Shown piece after piece: positions 60,073 to 64,000 of a stretch of 64,000 nt of DNA. The DNA comes from a bacterium (GTDB lineage: Bacteria > UBA8248). The position numbers and the translations under genes were made by a program. The stretch is from assembly GCA_965204535.1 (NCBI GenBank), contig OZ241996.1:1344001-1408000 (forward strand), written 5' to 3'. Below the pieces are notes generated by a model, which searched no databases, had not been told where the DNA came from, and saw nothing but the letters and a program-made list of their open reading frames with translations. Numbering within the stretch: the stretch's first letter is position 1; the number at the start of each line of letters is the position of its first letter.

Positions 60073-60690
60073 ATGGAATTCGTCATCAAGATTTATGACA
60101 GGCCGGAGGCGGCCGCATTGAGGGATGTCCACCGCAAGGCGCATCTCGATTATCTCAAAAGTTTCGACGACGCCACCCGCTTCGCCGGTCCGTTCCTGAC
60201 CGACGACGGGAAGCTCGAACTGGGCAGCTTCCGCATTCTGGATTTGCCCGACCGCGCCGCCGCCGAAGAACACGTAGCGAACGAGCCGTTCATCATCGAG
60301 GGGATTCAGGAGCGGCCCTCGGTTCATCGCTGGCGCGCCACCGTGCCCCACTCCTGGCGCGACTGCCCGCGAGAAGAAGGGAACCGCCAGTTCTACGTCC
60401 ATGCGCTGGACAAGGCGGACGGGGGCGCGATTCGCAAGACCCTGCACGAAGAGCACGTGGCCTACCTGACCGAGAACGGCGATTCGGTGATGGTGCGCGG
60501 CCCCCTGGTCACCGATGACGGAGAGACCAGAAACGGAAGCGTGCTACTGCTCGATTTTCCCGACATCAAGGCGGCGCGGGCGTTCTGGGCGGAGGAGCCC
60601 TACAACCGCGCTGGCCTGTATGAGAGCGTGGAATTCTACGCTTGGCGCTTCGGGCGGGTGTTCGACAGATTCAAGACGCCCGCGTCGTAA
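60073..60690 (+). CDS. Tandem two-domain YciI-family protein
   Basis: Two repeats: D...R....HLDYL...AGP.L.DDG...GS...EPF and D...R....HVAYL...RGPL..DDG...GS...EPY. Confidence 0.82.
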   Translation: MEFVIKIYDRPEAAALRDVHRKAHLDYLKSFDDATRFAGPFLTDDGKLELGSFRILDLPDRAAAEEHVANEPFIIEGIQERPSVHRWRATVPHSWRDCPREEGNRQFYVHALDKADGGAIRKTLHEEHVAYLTENGDSVMVRGPLVTDDGETRNGSVLLLDFPDIKAARAFWAEEPYNRAGLYESVEFYAWRFGRVFDRFKTPAS

Positions 60691-60707
60691 TTATCCAGAT
60701 AAGTTGC

Positions 60708-62168
60708 TCAAAGAATCTCGCCGGTGAACTCCGTTCGCACCCGCTCCTTGAGCGAGCGAACCGCCTTGAGCGACATCTTGAGGACCTGTTTCTCCCTTCG
60801 CGAGATAGCCGACTTCCTCACGTAGCGCGTCGCTTTTTTGATGCGCCTGAAATCCCGGAGTTGCTGGCGCAGGAGCAGATAGGTCAGATGCTCCAGGGCG
60901 GCGTTGTAATCATCGAACTCATCGTTGTTGAAAACCCCCGCCTTGTGGAGCAGACGGATGCGCTCGTAAGTGGAGGTCGCCTCCATGCCCTCTTTCAGGG
61001 CGAGTAGCCGGACAGCCCCGACCAGGGGGAGGATGCCCCCGTGTTTCAGGTTCACGCCGGGGGGAAGGCCCTCCCCGACTTTCTCGGTGCGCAGCATGCC
61101 GAACAGGCCGAGGGCGACATGCCTGTCCTCCTCGGTCTGGAACATCGCCTGGAGCACGGCGGGCTCTTTTTGCACGAAGGTCGTGATGTGATCGCGCAAT
61201 TCCCGCCCCAGGGAGATATCCCCGCAGGCGGTGTCGAAGTCGAAGAAGACGTCGCTCAACTGAACCTGGAACGTGCTTCTCTTCTGGAACCAGCGCAGGG
61301 TCTGGTGCTTCCACTCAGAAATCGATTTGCGCCAAAGCGGGTTCGTGGCCATCACGTTGCCGTCGCACAGGGGGAAGCCGATGGCTTCGAGATTCCAGGT
61401 CAGCAGTTCCGAGAACTGCATGAAGTAGTCGTTGACTTCGTTGTGCCGTTCCACGGGGTAGTCTTCGAGGATAATGCCGTTGTCCTGATCGGGGTTGATG
61501 AAGTTCTCGCCCCGTCCGCTTGAGCCCATGACGATCACGGCGAAGCGGACGGGCGGCGCGCCTCCGCCCGCCTTTTCGATGGTCTCCGTCACTTTTTCGG
61601 CCACGCGGCTGTAGATGTCGTTGTTCACGTGCGTGAGCAGCGCCTGGATTTCGGGCGCGGGGAGGTTGTCTTCGAGGAGTTCCTGCGCCACGACAGCCTG
61701 CACGGCTTTGATCTCCTGCAAGCCGTAGAGTTCGGGGACCTGCGTGAGCGCGTCGATGTGCTCCACCACATGCGCGGCCGCCACCGCCATGGCGTCCTCT
61801 AAGTCGAGCAGGCCGAGGGGGCGGTTCGCCTCATCGACCACGGGCATGTGACGGTGGCCGAGGCGGCGCATGCGAGCGATGGTGTGGTAGAGGTAGTCCC
61901 CCTGTTTTGCGGAATAAACGCGGGGCGTCATCACCTGCTCTATCGTCTCCGTCCCGTCGCACCGCAGGGCGACGCGGCGCGTCACGTCTTTTTCCGTAAA
62001 GATGCCGGAGAGGGCCTTTTTCTCATCCGTCACGAGAACGCACGTAGCGCCCGTCTCCGCCATCCGGGAGATGACAATCCCGATATTCTCCGAAGCCGGG
62101 ACGATGAGCGATTCGGGTTTGAGGAAATCATCCACAAGGCAGGAGAAAATTCTCGTCTGGGATTTCAT
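60708..62168 (-). CDS. CBS-pair + DUF294 / DUF294_C putative nucleotidyltransferase
   Basis: GIFTEKD and RHMPVVD CBS motifs; MGSSGRGE, DQDN, CDGNVMATNPLW, FFDF and NLKHGG motifs. Confidence 0.87.
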   Translation of the reverse strand: MKSQTRIFSCLVDDFLKPESLIVPASENIGIVISRMAETGATCVLVTDEKKALSGIFTEKDVTRRVALRCDGTETIEQVMTPRVYSAKQGDYLYHTIARMRRLGHRHMPVVDEANRPLGLLDLEDAMAVAAAHVVEHIDALTQVPELYGLQEIKAVQAVVAQELLEDNLPAPEIQALLTHVNNDIYSRVAEKVTETIEKAGGGAPPVRFAVIVMGSSGRGENFINPDQDNGIILEDYPVERHNEVNDYFMQFSELLTWNLEAIGFPLCDGNVMATNPLWRKSISEWKHQTLRWFQKRSTFQVQLSDVFFDFDTACGDISLGRELRDHITTFVQKEPAVLQAMFQTEEDRHVALGLFGMLRTEKVGEGLPPGVNLKHGGILPLVGAVRLLALKEGMEATSTYERIRLLHKAGVFNNDEFDDYNAALEHLTYLLLRQQLRDFRRIKKATRYVRKSAISRREKQVLKMSLKAVRSLKERVRTEFTGEIL

Positions 62169-62431
62169 GGGTTTCGGGGTCCGTCTTTGCGGCGGATGTC
62201 CGGTGACGCCTTGGGGCTCACGGCGCGTAATGAGGCTATAGTATAGCTTAGTTCTTCATGTGTTTGTCCAGGTGGGTGATGCGCATCTCTATCGCCGCCA
62301 CGCAGGCGCGCGAGCCGTTCCAGGCACGGAAATAATCCGGTGCGTTTCGCCTCCTCCTCTAGTGTGAGAGAATCCCGTCTCCGGGAAGAAAGCTCCCTTG
62401 CCGCTCATCAGTTTGAGCAGAAGGAACGAAC

Positions 62432-62713
62432 ATGACCGAAAGCAAATGCCCTGAGTGCGAGGCTGAAACGTCCGGCGCCGAACCCTGCCCCGAATGCGGC
62501 GAAGCGCTGGTGGAAAAGCCCGCAGACGAGCGGCCCCTGAACGTCATCGACGCCAAGGCGATCGTCGTGAAAGTCATGTGGGGCACGGGTGCGCTGATGC
62601 TCTGCGGCGGCCTGGGGGCGCTCTCCATCGGCGCGACAAAACCCGCCGTCGGCCTGCTGGGCCTCGGCGGCCTCCTCTTCGCCGGTTCTTACGTTGTCGA
62701 CTGGTGGACTTGA
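62432..62713 (+). CDS. Small zinc-ribbon membrane protein
   Basis: CPEC...CPECG followed by two hydrophobic helices; AGAAGGA RBS. Confidence 0.7.
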   Translation: MTESKCPECEAETSGAEPCPECGEALVEKPADERPLNVIDAKAIVVKVMWGTGALMLCGGLGALSIGATKPAVGLLGLGGLLFAGSYVVDWWT

Positions 62714-62832
62714 GGGTTCCGGGTTCCAAACTGGTATCGGAAGATTTAGGATTGAATCATAACTATTCGAATATCCCTTTCGATTTCTTGCAGACCAAGG
62801 AGAGAGAAAATTCACTCCCTCCTAGAGGGACC

Positions 62833-62988
62833 TGTTGAAAAAGCCCCGATTGAATAGTTCGGCGTAGGGGTCAGACATATATGTCTGACTGTGTGTGCTC
62901 CCGTTTTCTGTGTTTTCGTCCAAGCGATTAGGCGGACACATGGGTCCGCCCCTACGTGCCGAGCCTGATTGATGCTGGTTTTTCAACA
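62833..62988. mobile_element. MITE-like element: 10-bp terminal inverted repeats enclosing two inverted GTAG REPs
   Basis: TGTTGAAAAA (62833) and TTTTTCAACA (ending 62988); GTAGGGGTCAGACATATATGTCTGAC (62864-62889) and GGCGGACACATGGGTCCGCCCCTAC (62931-62955). Confidence 0.6.
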
Positions 62989-63049
62989 AACCTGTCCTGC
63001 AGCGGCATCAACTCCACCTATGACACGGCAAACGGACAGCATTTCGGTT

Positions 63050-63126
63050 TGGTACCCCCGGCAGGATTCGAACCTGCGGCCTACGGATTAGGAATCCGGC
63101 GCTCTATCCTGCTGAGCTACGGGGGC
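63050..63126 (-). tRNA. tRNA-Arg (CCT)
   Basis: GCCCCCGTAGCTCAGCAGGATAGAGCG-CCGGATTCCTAATCCGT-AGGCC-GCAGGTTCGAATCCTGC-CGGGGGTACCA. Confidence 0.95.
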
Positions 63127-63129
63127 GCT

Positions 63130-63657
63130 TCAGTCGTATGTTATCAAAGAGCGCACTGCGTGTGGAGCGAGGCGCTCGCGCCCGTTCAGGAACGCGAGTT
63201 CGATGAGGAAAGAAAAGCCGTGGATGCTCCCGCTCAAGGATTCCACGAGCGAGACGCAGGCGGAGGCGGTGCCGCCGGTGGCGAGCACGTCGTCGGCGAT
63301 GAGCACCTTTGCGCCGGGTGCGACGGCGTCCTTGTGGATTTCGAGCGTGTCCGTGCCGTATTCGAGGTCGTAAGTCGCCTGGGTCTTCTCCCAGGGGAGT
63401 TTCCCCGCTTTTCTCACGAGAGCGAAGCCCGCGCCGAGCTTATAGGCGATAGGCGCGCCGATGATGAAGCCGCGCGCCTCGACGCCCAGGACGACGTCGA
63501 TGCCCTCGCCCATCAAAGGCTCCGCCGCCATGTCCACCGCCGCCTGAAAGGCCTCGGCGTTCTGGAACATGGGCGTGATGTCCTTGAACAGGATTCCTTC
63601 TTTGGGGAAATCGGGCACGTCGCGAATGTGCGCCAGAAGCTGGCTGATGTCCGACAT
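63130..63657 (-). CDS. apt: Adenine phosphoribosyltransferase
   Basis: PDFPKEGILFKDI, EARGF, RKAGKLP, LEYG and DDVLATGGT motifs. Confidence 0.97.
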   Translation of the reverse strand: MSDISQLLAHIRDVPDFPKEGILFKDITPMFQNAEAFQAAVDMAAEPLMGEGIDVVLGVEARGFIIGAPIAYKLGAGFALVRKAGKLPWEKTQATYDLEYGTDTLEIHKDAVAPGAKVLIADDVLATGGTASACVSLVESLSGSIHGFSFLIELAFLNGRERLAPHAVRSLITYD

Positions 63658-63831
63658 GAAAGCTACCTCTCGTGGATGATGAAGTTTTGGCCTCGTATGG
63701 CGTTCATCTGTGGCAAGACAAGAAATCTAGATAGCATTCTCTTTCGGGCGTGTCATCACGTCGTGCGCATAAAATTTCTCTCAAGCGGATGAGCGGACTG
63801 TCGCCGAGCCGCCACCGATCCGCAACCGGCC

Positions 63832-64000
63832 CTACGGCAGATAGGACAGCGGGTTCTTCGGCCGCGTGCGATGGCGGATCTCGAAATGAAGGCGCGCGGT
63901 CTTGAAGCGCGGCGTGCGGCCCGTGCGGGCGATGGGCGCGCCGCGCGAGACGCGCTGCCCCTTGCGCACGAGATTCTCGGCGACGTTGGCGTAGATGGAG
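63832..64000 (-). CDS. C-terminus of an M23/LytM-domain protein, NlpD-like (truncated by window edge)
   Basis: Manual translation SIYANVAENLVRKGQRVSRGAPIARTG...RLHFEIR...NPLSYLP*; HxH reduced to RLH as in amidase activators. Confidence 0.8.
   Translation of the reverse strand, partial: SIYANVAENLVRKGQRVSRGAPIARTGRTPRFKTARLHFEIRHRTRPKNPLSYLP

Noticed and set aside
58838-62988. Palindromic repeats as a CRISPR array
   Set aside because: There are only two inverted doublets 4 kb apart, with no regularly spaced direct repeats and no cas genes.
50776-63050. tRNA-Arg-anchored genomic island
   Set aside because: No integrase and no duplicate of the tRNA 3' end was seen at any candidate left border.
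62956-63792. 278-aa + strand ORF
   Set aside because: It runs antisense across tRNA-Arg and apt and is spurious.

Overview
Core chromosomal segment of a diderm, LPS-producing bacterium. Gene order resembles Deltaproteobacteria/Nitrospinota, which is an inference. Positions 1-50.7 kb are housekeeping genes, all on the + strand except rpsT. They include the rib operon, nusB, lptE-holA, murJ, xerD, phoH-pgpH-ybeY, mutS, purMN, lolA, rseP-ispG-proS, tRNA-Met-tilS-ftsH, pdxJ-nnr-tsaE, lptCAB-rpoN-hprK-PTS, metK-ahcY, an amidase, der and an EF-G paralogue. A 28-bp dif site at 50748-50775 marks the probable replication terminus, and KOPS polarity and gene orientation change across it. Beyond dif lie mixed-orientation accessory genes: rtcB, bioB, an FAD/Fe-S dehydrogenase, an MscR-like dehydrogenase, an M24-fold hydrolase, twin cupins, a double YciI and a CBS-DUF294 protein. 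That region also holds GTAG-type REP doublets, tRNA-Arg(CCT), apt and the end of an nlpD-like gene. The standout feature is a DUF4390 / NtrY-like kinase / NtrX-like regulator operon. Its response regulator has an intact receiver, a degenerate AAA+ domain and an HTH, and is fused in frame to a complete LpxC with all catalytic residues. This suggests direct two-component control of the committed step of lipid A synthesis. All family assignments come from motif recognition by eye; no searches were run.
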